A stretch of DNA of 50,846 nt from an uncultured Planctomycetia bacterium (GCA_964420965.1 CAYQUQ010000006.1:1-50846); one strand, 5' to 3'. Shown: positions 1 to 9,681, numbered from the stretch's first letter. The notes: generated by a model from the letters alone, not told the origin. Translations and numbers: made by a program.

Positions 1-1306
1 GTCCCAAAGCAATATCTACTACCTGGGGGTCATACTTTATACCCTTATCGCGCTCTAATTCCTGACAAGCTTCATCCAACCCCACTGCTGCCCGGTAGGG
101 ACGATGATGGGTCATGGCCTCCAAAACATCGCTTACGGCCAGAATGCGGGCTTCGGGAAGAATCTTCTCTCCCTTCAGGCGGCGGGGATAACCGGAGCCG
201 TCTAAACGCTCGTGGTGCTGGTAGATTATCTCCGCTAAAGGAAAGGGGAAATCAATCCCCTTGATCAGGTTGTAACAATTTCGGGCGTGCTCTCTAATCA
301 AACTGCTCTCTAAATCGCTTAATTTTCCGGGTTTATTTAAGATATCCAGAGGTATACTGATCTTACCGAGATCATGGAGCTCTCCGGCTAATTTTATCCC
401 CAGGAGACGCTCCTGGCCCCAGCCAAAAGCCCTGCCAATCTCCTCGGCGATGCTGGCCACATGGCGGGTGTGGCTAAAAGTATACGGGTCTCTCATCTCC
501 AGGGCCCGGCCTAAAACCTCAAGCGCATGGATCATCGTGGAAAGGCGCTGCTCTTCAAAGTTAGCGTGCGCGGTCATATCCCGGGTTATCCCCATGGTTC
601 CGATTACCTTTCCCTGGCCATTCCACATGGGGATCTTGGTAGTAATCACCTGATTTTTTCTCCCGTCGGGGAGGGTAGTTTTTTCAATCTTGCCGACGAT
701 AGACTTTCCGGTAGTTACCACATAATTGTCATCGTCAAACATCCTTTTCGCCTGCTCGTAGGGAAAAAAGTCAAAATCGGTCTTGCCGATAATTTCCTCC
801 TCCGGCCGGCCGGAACCTTCCAGGTAAAACTTATTCACCTTTATAATCCGGTTATTGCGGTCCTTAAAATAAACGGCATCGGGAATATTATCTAAAAGGC
901 TTTTTAAAAAGTCCCTCTCGATTAAAAACTGTTTTTGAATGTCTTTCTGGACGGAAATATCCTGGATGATTCCTTCCAGGGAAAGGGTGCCGTCGGTAGA
1001 AAATATACAAGAAACGGTGACGGCTACCCAGAGGGGCTGACCGTTTCTCTTCTTAAAGGTAGTCTCAAAAAGCCTGACTGTTTCGTTGCGGCGCAAAATG
1101 GCATTAAAAATCTTTCGATCCTTGGGGTTGAGAAAGAGACTGTCGATTTTTTCCTTGATAAAATCGCGGCGGGAACTATACCCCAGCATGCGGTAAAGGG
1201 CGGCGTTGGCCGACTGGAAACCCTCCTGAGGAAGAAGACTGTAGCGAAATAAACCGATCCCCAGATTATCGGCCCCGATAAGACTAAGCGAAAAACAATT
1301 ACTCAT
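1..1306 (-). CDS. PAS-PAS-HD-GYP c-di-GMP phosphodiesterase (3'-truncated by window edge; absent from ORF track)
   Basis: Hand translation from ATG 1306 (ATGA overlap with pilO stop) stays open to position 1. Two PAS/PAC segments (LDNIPDAVYFKD...GTMGITRDMT), then RDPYTFSHTRHV, ELHDLGKI and HHERLDGSGYP. Confidence 0.92.
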   Translation of the reverse strand, partial: MSNCFSLSLIGADNLGIGLFRYSLLPQEGFQSANAALYRMLGYSSRRDFIKEKIDSLFLNPKDRKIFNAILRRNETVRLFETTFKKRNGQPLWVAVTVSCIFSTDGTLSLEGIIQDISVQKDIQKQFLIERDFLKSLLDNIPDAVYFKDRNNRIIKVNKFYLEGSGRPEEEIIGKTDFDFFPYEQAKRMFDDDNYVVTTGKSIVGKIEKTTLPDGRKNQVITTKIPMWNGQGKVIGTMGITRDMTAHANFEEQRLSTMIHALEVLGRALEMRDPYTFSHTRHVASIAEEIGRAFGWGQERLLGIKLAGELHDLGKISIPLDILNKPGKLSDLESSLIREHARNCYNLIKGIDFPFPLAEIIYQHHERLDGSGYPRRLKGEKILPEARILAVSDVLEAMTHHRPYRAAVGLDEACQELERDKGIKYDPQVVDIALG

Positions 1307-1854
1307 TTCCCCTTTTCATTAGCCAGGGTAAAGGCATTAAAAACCATTTCCACTCTTACGAACGGGATTCTTTCCGATTTGCGCTGCACAGTCAAAGACT
1401 CAACCAGTATCAGCCTCTCGCTGGCCGACAACTTTTCCATAAACCCGACCAGGTCTTTGTATTCACAGAAAAATTCCGACTCAAAGGGAGCGGCTTTTAT
1501 CCCGGAAATATTGGCCAGCGCATCCGAGGGATTGTCCAGGGTTTTTACGCTCATGGTGCTGATGTTGGAAGCGGCGGCGATTTTCCTGGCTACATGGACC
1601 CCTTCAAAGTGCGATGTCCGTACCGCAGGTATCCGGCGTTCCAATTCATCTTCGGCAGCGCTTGTTTGTTTCTCATCGAAGCCTCTAATCGTAGACTCGG
1701 CGGTAACCATCTCTTTTTCCTTGTTCTTGTAGCTGGCCACTTCAGAGCTGACACCCGACGACATTTTGATCAGAATCACCAGGGCCGCAATCAAGACCAG
1801 GTCAGCGACGATAAGAATAACAACCAGTGTATTCTGGAACCAGTTTTTCTTCAT
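1303..1854 (-). CDS. pilO: PilO/GspM-like alignment protein
   Basis: N-terminal TM helix, coiled coil, C-terminal ferredoxin-like pattern (YKDLVGFMEKL...RLILVESL); follows pilMN. Confidence 0.75.
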   Translation of the reverse strand: MKKNWFQNTLVVILIVADLVLIAALVILIKMSSGVSSEVASYKNKEKEMVTAESTIRGFDEKQTSAAEDELERRIPAVRTSHFEGVHVARKIAAASNISTMSVKTLDNPSDALANISGIKAAPFESEFFCEYKDLVGFMEKLSASERLILVESLTVQRKSERIPFVRVEMVFNAFTLANEKGK

Positions 1855-3572
1855 TTCTCCCCACCCGTTATTTTTGCCGTTATGGTAAACTTACGCTCTT
1901 TAATCGGGGTCAAGTTTTCCCCGGAACCCCCCGAACTCAGCTTAAGGCTCTCTAACTTAAGGGGTGTAAATTCGGTATCCGCGAATAATCCCGAAGACTC
2001 CAGATTGTCACAGAAAATAGCCAGCTGCTTCTCAGACTCCTCGTAAGTGCCTACAATCGCTCCTTTCATTTTAAGCGAAATTCCCCCTTCACTGGTTTTA
2101 GACCCGCCGAAGGGCTCCTGGCTCCGGCTGCGCCCCTCGCCGCCGCCCATCATACCGCTCATGCCCCCCTCACTTTCACTACTGGACGATCCGCTTGCGG
2201 GAACAATCATCATCTCTTCCAAGAATATATTGGGCGGAGTCAGCTTACTAATGGCCACTAAAACTTCCTTCCAGGCCACGCCCATGGCATCGATCCTGGC
2301 GATTAAGGCCTGCTGACTTTCCAGTTGTGACTTTCGGGAATTAATGGCTGCGGCTTTACCGGTAAAATCCCGGTACTTTTCTTCCGAGAACCCGCCCTTT
2401 AACTTCCCCAGTGAAGCCTTGCCTACAAACAGCCGGGTTAAAAAAGTAAAAACGGCTATGCCCAGGATCAAGGTAACCACAAACAGACTATTCAAGGAAA
2501 CAAAGGTAATTTGCTTTTTCCGCTTTTCGACGACAACTTCCTGAGGCAAGAAGTTTAACCCCGGCCCTTTGCCGGCAGCCCCCAGGGCCACTCCGAAGGC
2601 GGTGAAAAACATGGGGCTGATAAGGGAAACCTGCTGGGGGGCAAGTTTGCCCACGGAAACATTTTTAAGCTTACTTAAATCAAAAAGGCCCAGTTCTCCG
2701 CTGATGTTTTTGGTCAGGAATTCAAAAACCGAAGGCACCTTGGCCGTACCTCCGCAGAAAGTAATCTGGTCAATCCGGTCCACCTTGGTAATTTCTTTAT
2801 GGTAGGCAAAAGAACGCCGGATCTCGGATAAAAGGTAACTCTGGCTCTCAAACAAATCTTTCTCGGTAATTTCCCCCCGGAAGAATAAATCCTCGGCTTT
2901 TTTCGCCGCCATACCTTCCTTCTTCGATATCGCGTCGATAAAATCACTCCCGCCGAAGGCAATCTGGCGCATCAGGGTCAACCGATCCTTAATAAAAATA
3001 GCCACAACCGTATTCTTAAACCCGATATCGATCAAAGCCATATTCTTGTCGGAGGGAGAAAAGCTCTCCAGGAATAAATTGATCAAGCTTACTTGGGATG
3101 CTCCGGCAAAAACCGGCTCGATTCTCTGGCTCCGGAAGAGGGAAAAGCGCTGGGAAACCTCTTCCTTGTTGGCGGAAGCGGTGAAAATGTTATAGGCTTC
3201 GGTGTCGGTCTGTACGGTGGAAAGGATGGCATACTTGACGATATCTTCGGCTGCCGGGACCGGTTTTATCCTCCGCCGGGCTTCGCGTAAAATCACCGGA
3301 TCCAGTTCCGACTTCGGCATCTTGGGTAAATCCAGGAGGCAGAAATTCAAGGCCGAAAAGGGGAGAGATATACCCACAGCCGCGCTCTTAACCTCTGCGG
3401 CCGAAACCTTCTCGAAAAGTCTTTCGAAAAATACTTTTCGGTCAATTACGCCGCTATTATCCGACGGAGTCTGAAAATACTCCAGAGTTAAAATCTCCAC
3501 CTTCTTCTGAGTGCCGATCTCTATCACTTTAGTCAAATCCGACCCGACATCAATACCGATTGCTTTTTTCAT
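1851..3572 (-). CDS. pilM: PilM-PilN fusion
   Basis: Actin-like PilM motifs GIDVGS, LIDIGFKNT, FGGSDF, CGGTAK; then PilN NFLP motif, TM helix and periplasmic domain (LSKLTPPNIFL-type segment). Confidence 0.85.
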   Translation of the reverse strand: MKKAIGIDVGSDLTKVIEIGTQKKVEILTLEYFQTPSDNSGVIDRKVFFERLFEKVSAAEVKSAAVGISLPFSALNFCLLDLPKMPKSELDPVILREARRRIKPVPAAEDIVKYAILSTVQTDTEAYNIFTASANKEEVSQRFSLFRSQRIEPVFAGASQVSLINLFLESFSPSDKNMALIDIGFKNTVVAIFIKDRLTLMRQIAFGGSDFIDAISKKEGMAAKKAEDLFFRGEITEKDLFESQSYLLSEIRRSFAYHKEITKVDRIDQITFCGGTAKVPSVFEFLTKNISGELGLFDLSKLKNVSVGKLAPQQVSLISPMFFTAFGVALGAAGKGPGLNFLPQEVVVEKRKKQITFVSLNSLFVVTLILGIAVFTFLTRLFVGKASLGKLKGGFSEEKYRDFTGKAAAINSRKSQLESQQALIARIDAMGVAWKEVLVAISKLTPPNIFLEEMMIVPASGSSSSESEGGMSGMMGGGEGRSRSQEPFGGSKTSEGGISLKMKGAIVGTYEESEKQLAIFCDNLESSGLFADTEFTPLKLESLKLSSGGSGENLTPIKERKFTITAKITGGEK

Positions 3573-3573
3573 A

Positions 3574-4773
3574 TCACCCGCCTACCATTTGCATCATCTT
3601 TATTAAAGGTAAGAATACCGCCAGGGCAATACCGCCCACCACTACCCCCATGATTACGATCAACAGCGGCTCTAAAATGGTAAAAATCTTACGGATGGTC
3701 CGGGGAACCTCTTTGTCGTAAAATTCACACAAGCGCTTAAACCCTTCGGATAAATTACCGGAGCGCTCCCCGACTTCAACCAGCCTTAACAGCAGCGGCG
3801 GGAATATGTTTTTATACCCGAACCCCATGGATAAAGTTCCGCCGGAAACCACCACCCGTTTGGTTTCGGAAACCACGAGCCCCAAATAAGCGTTACCGAT
3901 CAAATTTTCTCCTAAGGCTAAGCACTCTACAGCCGGTATGCCGCCGCCCAAACAGAGCGCCATCGAACGCGAAAACCGGGAAAGGCAGATTTTAAAAATT
4001 AATTGTCCCACTACCGGTAGGTTTATCTTAAGGGCGTCGAACTTAAGCCTTACCCCCGGGTTCTTCAATAGTAATTTTACCAGAAAAACCAGCAAAATGA
4101 TAGCCCCAATTACTAAATACCAGAATTTTCGGAAAGCGTAGCTGACCCCCATCACCATCTTAGTCATCAGCGGCAGATCCGCTCCGGCCTCTTCAAATAT
4201 GGGGATAAATTTAGGTAGCACAAATCCGACCAGAATGCATACCACGATAATCATAACCACGAAGATTATGATCGGATAAGCGGCTAACTCCGTTATTTTG
4301 GCTTTTAAATCCTGCTCCCACTCCAGATAGTTAGCGACCTCTTCCAAGACTTCGGTCAACTCTCCGGTCTTTTCTCCGCTGGAGACAATGGCCCGGTAAA
4401 GAAAAGAAAAGGTACGCGGATGCAATTCTAAAGCCTCCTGCAGCGAACCTCCGGCCTCGATGTACTCTTTTATGCTGTTAATCATCGAGTGCATCTCTTC
4501 ATCGGCCGCGTTATCTTCCGCCAATGACGACAAACTTCCCAAAAGGGAAAGCCCGCCTTTAAGCAGGGCGGCTAAATTGAACGTAAAAGCTAAAATCTTC
4601 TTGGCCTTGATCTTAACGTCTTTTTTCGTATGGGCGGTCTTGTGTTCGTAAGAAATCAATACTTGATTAATCGCATTGAGTTTATCCACTAATTCATTTT
4701 CATCGGTGGCAAAAATCGACCCGTCCACTTTCTTACCAAACCTGTCCCGCGCTACATACTTATATTTCGGCAT
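3574..4773 (-). CDS. pilC: PilC/GspF inner-membrane platform protein
   Basis: MPKYKYVARD start, two T2SSF domains (GEKTGEL, GERSGNL), AYP and LEP motifs. Confidence 0.93.
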   Translation of the reverse strand: MPKYKYVARDRFGKKVDGSIFATDENELVDKLNAINQVLISYEHKTAHTKKDVKIKAKKILAFTFNLAALLKGGLSLLGSLSSLAEDNAADEEMHSMINSIKEYIEAGGSLQEALELHPRTFSFLYRAIVSSGEKTGELTEVLEEVANYLEWEQDLKAKITELAAYPIIIFVVMIIVVCILVGFVLPKFIPIFEEAGADLPLMTKMVMGVSYAFRKFWYLVIGAIILLVFLVKLLLKNPGVRLKFDALKINLPVVGQLIFKICLSRFSRSMALCLGGGIPAVECLALGENLIGNAYLGLVVSETKRVVVSGGTLSMGFGYKNIFPPLLLRLVEVGERSGNLSEGFKRLCEFYDKEVPRTIRKIFTILEPLLIVIMGVVVGGIALAVFLPLIKMMQMVGG

Positions 4774-4877
4774 TTATCCCTCCTGCCATGATATTACCGC
4801 GGTAGCCCCGTCCGCATCCTGACCAGCACCGTTCCCCGGCGGTAATCCGGAAAGCCGGCAATACTTCCGTAATTTTC
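4774..4877 (-). pseudogene. Fused relic of a pilV-like internal fragment and a pilX-like C-terminus
   Basis: 4877-4827 encodes ENYGSIAGFPDYRRGTV (compare PilV EGYGSIADFPQYRRETV). 4830-4774 encodes GAGQDADGATAVISWQEG* (compare PilX GDGQDVDGEIAPVTWQMQ*). Confidence 0.75.
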
Positions 4878-4898
4878 GTTAATGGGATCAAGATAAAC

Positions 4899-6869
4899 TT
4901 ACTGCATCTGCCAAGTTACGGGAGCTATTTCTCCGTCAACATCCTGGCCGTCGCCGCCGCCACTGGAGCCACCCCGTTCATCATCGTCAGTCGCATCGGC
5001 ACACCCCGCATCATCGGGGAAATCAACCAGGCAATCTCCGTCATCATCAAGGTTATTACTGCATCTGGGTAAAGGATGGGAACATTTTAAGCGTTTGTTG
5101 CAACCCCCAACCGCATTGCCGGCGTTTGATCTTGAAATCCAAACTCCATTAACTGCATCGTACATAATAACATTTTCGTCAAAAGGATGGGAGTAACCAT
5201 GCCAGTACTTACAACAAAAATTAGCATACCCTAAGAGATTGCATGTACGTAATGATGTGGCATCATCATAGCCGGTACCTTTACCGAAAATAGCGTCAAA
5301 ATTGGGTATGTCCTGGCGCATCTCATCGACAACTGGTGTGGAACCATCAGCGGCTACCGCTCCATACATACTCCCGCCACAACTTCCTTTACTGCAACTG
5401 CCGCAGCTAGGGCAGCTGGGGCCGCCGCTGCCCGTACCCAGACAGCGCGTGGGGGGGATATCAATCTGATCCGCCTGTTCATCACAGCCTTCCAGGCCAT
5501 CAGGACCGGTACAAGTTTCATCGTGGGGGATTTCGCTCATATCTTCGGGCACGGCACAGCCATCATCACAGGTAGCGGCATTAGAGCCATCGGCCAGGCA
5601 AAAATCAATTCTCCCGTCGCCGTCGTTATCACTTCCGTCCGCACAGTCCACATCGGTAAAGGGGTCAATTTCTAAATCGAAAGTGCAGCCCCCGGTATTA
5701 TCATCCATCCGGCTGTCCGTAAAATAAGCGTTTAAACTGGCGGCACCGGCGGGAACAACTACATTTTGAAAACCTACAAATTCATAGACGCTTCCGATTC
5801 CGTTACCGGCGGCGTTAAAAAAACGCAGTAAGGGCGCGGACATCCCCCCGATAACCCCGGTGGCCGTGGCGCAAACTTCATTATCCCTTTCGCCGGGATC
5901 GCTGTAAATACCGGTAATATTAATTGCGCTCATGGTATCTCCGGGAGAAAAATCCCCGGCTACGGCCGCCACCATCCCCGGCATTCCCGGGGCGGCCGGG
6001 CCTTCATTGCCGTGCACACCGCAAACACCCCAGAGAGCATCTACATAAAGCCCGGGAAGGGTGGAAGGAGGAGGAGGAAGGGTACCGGTTTGTAACCAGT
6101 CAATCCCTCCGTCACCGTCATTATCGATACCATCATGGCATTCGTCGTCACAGGTAGGATCCGAACAGATTAAGTTATCCATCCAGTAAGGGCTGCTATT
6201 GCCATTAGCCATGTGCCAGGAAGATGAAGCTGTATTCCACCACCAAACCCAGTTATCACCCGGAGAACTCCACTGAGTTTGAGAATAGCCGTCCATGTTA
6301 TTATAACCGCCGAGCGTGCATACCCGCTGCGCAGTTACATCATCGCACCGGGTACTGTGGCCTTGATTGGGGTCGGGTATTCCGGCTCCGTCATCACGGG
6401 CCAAGTCGTAGATTTCCCAGTAACGAAATGTCCTGGTGTAAGCCGCACATGCGGCTTGGGGAGGGGCAGCCACAACACCATCAACCCGGATGGTAATTTC
6501 CCGGCGGGCAATCTCCTGAGCCGAAACCAGGTTGGTGCCGGCTAACACCCGGCCGATACCGGTAATATCCCGCTGGGTAGCCACTGCGCCCACATTAACC
6601 ACCGCAATTTCATAGACATAGAGAAAATGATCCCCGGCCAAGTCTAAATCAGTTTGATCCACCACTCCGGCATAATTAACGTCATTAATAACTTCGATTA
6701 TACCCCTTTCTGCTGCCGCCTGGGCCAGGTAGTAGGCGATAGAGGTATTGCGCTCATTGCTCTGGATTCGGGCTTCGTTTTTAAGGGAGCTGCCCAGGCT
6801 GGCCGCCAAGATTACCACTATTCCCATGAAAATCACTACCGATAAAACGATCTGGGTTTTTTTAGGCAT
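4899..6869 (-). CDS. PilX-like minor pilin fused to a large Cys/Asp-rich putative adhesin region
   Basis: Hydrophobic N-helix plus PilX motif AYYLAQAAAERGI; three C-x-[DN]-x2-D-x-DGD motifs; C-terminal pilin strand ending WQ. Confidence 0.75.
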   Translation of the reverse strand: MPKKTQIVLSVVIFMGIVVILAASLGSSLKNEARIQSNERNTSIAYYLAQAAAERGIIEVINDVNYAGVVDQTDLDLAGDHFLYVYEIAVVNVGAVATQRDITGIGRVLAGTNLVSAQEIARREITIRVDGVVAAPPQAACAAYTRTFRYWEIYDLARDDGAGIPDPNQGHSTRCDDVTAQRVCTLGGYNNMDGYSQTQWSSPGDNWVWWWNTASSSWHMANGNSSPYWMDNLICSDPTCDDECHDGIDNDGDGGIDWLQTGTLPPPPSTLPGLYVDALWGVCGVHGNEGPAAPGMPGMVAAVAGDFSPGDTMSAINITGIYSDPGERDNEVCATATGVIGGMSAPLLRFFNAAGNGIGSVYEFVGFQNVVVPAGAASLNAYFTDSRMDDNTGGCTFDLEIDPFTDVDCADGSDNDGDGRIDFCLADGSNAATCDDGCAVPEDMSEIPHDETCTGPDGLEGCDEQADQIDIPPTRCLGTGSGGPSCPSCGSCSKGSCGGSMYGAVAADGSTPVVDEMRQDIPNFDAIFGKGTGYDDATSLRTCNLLGYANFCCKYWHGYSHPFDENVIMYDAVNGVWISRSNAGNAVGGCNKRLKCSHPLPRCSNNLDDDGDCLVDFPDDAGCADATDDDERGGSSGGGDGQDVDGEIAPVTWQMQ

Positions 6870-8041
6870 CAGTTCCTCGTCCTCACTCCCGAACGCAAAT
6901 GATGGGTTCGGCCTCTTCTCTGGGTGGTTAATTCGATGGTTATAAAGGATGCACTCCCGGCATTGGATAAAGCCTGGATCTCGCCGGCGTCTAAGGGTCG
7001 ATTCCAGACTTTGACTTCGTCGATAAAGCCGCCCCAGAACCGGTTGTCTTCGTCGCCGTTTCTGCCGATAGAGGTCCCCCGATGGGGCGGATTATGGGGG
7101 TGGGTATAAACAATGTTGCCGGTAGCCGGGATTGAATTCTCTAAATTACCGTCAACGTAAAGCGAAGCCGTGCTACCGTCATAAGTAGCGGCCACATGGT
7201 GCCATTGGTCGTCGTTGTAATCCTGAGTTGAATCTACATTATAGCGTTGGGGAAAACCTCTGGTAAAGGCGAATCTTAAAATGCCGCTGCCGGCAGGAAC
7301 GTGAATGTCCGGCCCGACATCTCGGCACCGCTTATAAATAAACCGGGCGCCCCAGGCACCACTGAATGTCCCCGAGTATCTCACCCAGGCCGAAATAGTA
7401 ATGTTTACCGGAATTTCCAATAAGGGGGTAACCGGTAAATGAACATAGTCGCCGCTACCCGGCCCTCCGGTGCCGTGGCTGAAGCTTACTACGTTACCCT
7501 TTACCGGATCACTGACAATATGAGCCCCCCGCATAAATGTCCCGTTAATGCCGTTTTGAGGGTCATTGGCTGTGCCGTCGTCAAACAGCCAGCAGGCCAC
7601 CTCGTCCCCGGCGCAGGTTCCCGCGGCTCCGCCGGTGTCGATAGTAGCAAAAGCATTGCCGTTAGCGTTATCCACCACAAAGTCGGCTAACTCCTGGCGG
7701 GTAGCCACGGCCGTAGCCACATCCGGGCCTTGGCCGCGAAAAATACGGTCGTTGTTGGCTCCCCCGCGCCAATACCAGACCCGGACACCCCCGGTGAGCT
7801 CAAAGTGAAACCCGTCTACCCCGGCCGGGATATCGGCCTGGCTTAAGTTGGTGCCTTCCCGGGCTTCACTGATTATGGCTTCCAGAGCCCAGCGGCAATT
7901 CTGAATTACGTCTAAATCCATCCTCTGCCGTTCCCAGGAACGCTGGAGGGAGAAAAATAACCCTCCGGCGGCTACGGAGATAATGGCAAAAACGGCGATG
8001 ACTACCATCACCTCGATAAGGGTAAACCCTTTAAGCTTCAT
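6869..8041 (-). CDS. PilW-like minor pilin with LamG/concanavalin-like domain
   Basis: KG/FTLIEV prepilin motif; LamG motifs ITISAWV, WHHVAATYDG, LYVDG, GFIDEVKVWNRPL. Confidence 0.85.
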   Translation of the reverse strand: MKLKGFTLIEVMVVIAVFAIISVAAGGLFFSLQRSWERQRMDLDVIQNCRWALEAIISEAREGTNLSQADIPAGVDGFHFELTGGVRVWYWRGGANNDRIFRGQGPDVATAVATRQELADFVVDNANGNAFATIDTGGAAGTCAGDEVACWLFDDGTANDPQNGINGTFMRGAHIVSDPVKGNVVSFSHGTGGPGSGDYVHLPVTPLLEIPVNITISAWVRYSGTFSGAWGARFIYKRCRDVGPDIHVPAGSGILRFAFTRGFPQRYNVDSTQDYNDDQWHHVAATYDGSTASLYVDGNLENSIPATGNIVYTHPHNPPHRGTSIGRNGDEDNRFWGGFIDEVKVWNRPLDAGEIQALSNAGSASFITIELTTQRRGRTHHLRSGVRTRN

Positions 8042-8044
8042 AAA

Positions 8045-8446
8045 CTACCAGTTTCCTCGAAAGGTAGAGACAGTCCGGGATCCGGTCCGGGCCCCGATCT
8101 GCCAGAGTACGGTTATGTCAATTCTTCGTAATTCCAGCTGTCCGGCCGGGTGTCCGGTATGGGGATAGGTTAAGTGGGAAGTAACTACCGTCTCCCGGCG
8201 GTACTGGGGAAAATCGGCAATGCTCCCGTAGCCTTCGATAGTGGTAGCTACCGCTGGTAAAGCCGCGGGATAGCTTAGCTCTTCCATCCTTTCCCGGGCT
8301 AAACTTACGGCTACACTATCCACGCGGGAGCGGCCCAGGGCCATATAGCCCTGGCGAAAGATAACGGCGATGCCGTAAGAGACCAGCATCAGCACCATTA
8401 CCGCTACCGCCAGCTCAATAAGACTGAAAGTTCGTTTTAATCCCAT
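8045..8446 (-). CDS. PilV/GspI-like minor pilin
   Basis: KRT/FSLIEL motif, AVSLARERMEEL, RRIDITVLW. Confidence 0.8.
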   Translation of the reverse strand: MGLKRTFSLIELAVAVMVLMLVSYGIAVIFRQGYMALGRSRVDSVAVSLARERMEELSYPAALPAVATTIEGYGSIADFPQYRRETVVTSHLTYPHTGHPAGQLELRRIDITVLWQIGARTGSRTVSTFRGNW

Positions 8447-8874
8447 CGGATATAACCGGTCTGTCCGAATACGGTTACCTGCCGGGTTCTTCCTCTGTGG
8501 GTTAAGGTTATCACCAGATCCTGGGTGGTTCCGTAAAGGGCCTCAAAGGTAAGAGTGGTTAAAGCTGCCGGGTTTAAGGCCACCCCCCCGATATCCATCT
8601 GCTCGGTATCCAGCAAAGTGCCGGTGAGCGGGTCTCCCCGGTATACCTCGTACCGGAGGTTGACCGTATCGAAAGCGACAGTATGGTCGTGGTGCCGGGC
8701 CACAGCCAGATCCCGCACTGCGGCTAAATCGCTGGCCAGCTCCCGGGCCTGGGCATCGAGTTGCTTGGGGCTGAGGCTGGAAAAAGAAACCCCGATTACC
8801 CCGGTAAGCACCCCGATTATGGCTAACACCACCATAATCTCGATAAGGGTAAACCCCCTGCGCTTAAATAGCAT
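8437..8874 (-). CDS. FimT/FimU/GspH-like minor pilin
   Basis: RRG/FTLIEI motif, ARELASDL...RDLAV, C-terminal VTVFGQTG. Start moved to ATG 8874. Confidence 0.8.
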   Translation of the reverse strand: MLFKRRGFTLIEIMVVLAIIGVLTGVIGVSFSSLSPKQLDAQARELASDLAAVRDLAVARHHDHTVAFDTVNLRYEVYRGDPLTGTLLDTEQMDIGGVALNPAALTTLTFEALYGTTQDLVITLTHRGRTRQVTVFGQTGYIRWD

Positions 8875-8953
8875 TCTACCTTTGATAAAACCCCTCCTTG
8901 AAAGCACCCCGCACCCGGCATTGCCGGGTACAGGGATATTAATCTAATCGCAA

Positions 8954-9496
8954 TTAACGATGCAGGTAAACTATAATGTCATCCCGACCGGTATCAGCAT
9001 CGCCGGTATTTATACCGCAAATCAAATCTGCGCGGTTCCAACAAACTCTGTTTCCATCTGGCCCACGGCAAAGAAAGCTAGCGCAGGCGCCAGGGTGCCC
9101 AGGTTGACCCACAGGACATCTCCATTCATTAGGGTGTCCGTCATAATAGTAGTTTCTTCCCCAGGGATCCAGAGCTACGGCCTTCTGCAAATAAGGCCCT
9201 TGCCAGGTGTTAGCAGGGTAGCCATTATTGCAAAGCAAACCATAACGGCAGTCATTCAAGGCTGCGGAAGTAGTAGCATCACCCATCCATCCGCCGTCTC
9301 TTTCGCCGGGAGTTCTGCCGGTATCAGCCAGCAGAGAGAACATCGCCGTGGATGTGTTTTTGACTTCTGCTTGGGCCTTGGCAATCCGGGCCCTCTCCAC
9401 CATGTGCATGATCTGGGGCAGCATAATCGTGGCCAGAATCGCGATGATGGCCAAAACCACCATCAATTCGATTAAGGTAAACCCTTTTCTCACCAT
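8954..9496 (-). CDS. GspG-like pilin/pseudopilin, Cys-rich
   Basis: KG/FTLIELMVV motif, WQGPYL, DPWGRNY, DDI. Confidence 0.85.
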   Translation of the reverse strand: MVRKGFTLIELMVVLAIIAILATIMLPQIMHMVERARIAKAQAEVKNTSTAMFSLLADTGRTPGERDGGWMGDATTSAALNDCRYGLLCNNGYPANTWQGPYLQKAVALDPWGRNYYYDGHPNEWRCPVGQPGHPGACASFLCRGPDGNRVCWNRADLICGINTGDADTGRDDIIVYLHR

Positions 9497-9537
9497 TTTC
9501 CCTCCTTTCTGTAATCTTCTTGTTCTCCACTCTGTTT

Positions 9538-9681
9538 TTAAACTTCATCCGGCTGGACATCTTCTTCTACAGCCCTGTTGGCATTGGCCTTGATCACCTG
9601 GGTGACCACCAGCCCGATACAAAGAACAAAGATGAGAAAGGCTATAATTCCCACCATCTTGTTGTTCTTCCAGTTCGCCAT
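9538..9681 (-). CDS. 47-aa single-TM micro-protein (WKNNK family, copy 2)
   Basis: MANWKNNKMVGIIAFLIFVLCIGLVVTQVIKANANRAVEEDVQPDEV*. Preceded by SD AAGGAGGTG; paralog at 10368-10535. Confidence 0.8.
   Translation of the reverse strand: MANWKNNKMVGIIAFLIFVLCIGLVVTQVIKANANRAVEEDVQPDEV

Noticed and set aside
450-1252. Plus-strand ORFs of 67, 122 and 105 aa
   Set aside because: Antisense shadows of the minus-strand PAS-PAS-HD-GYP gene. The same applies to nearly all other plus-strand ORFs in the track.
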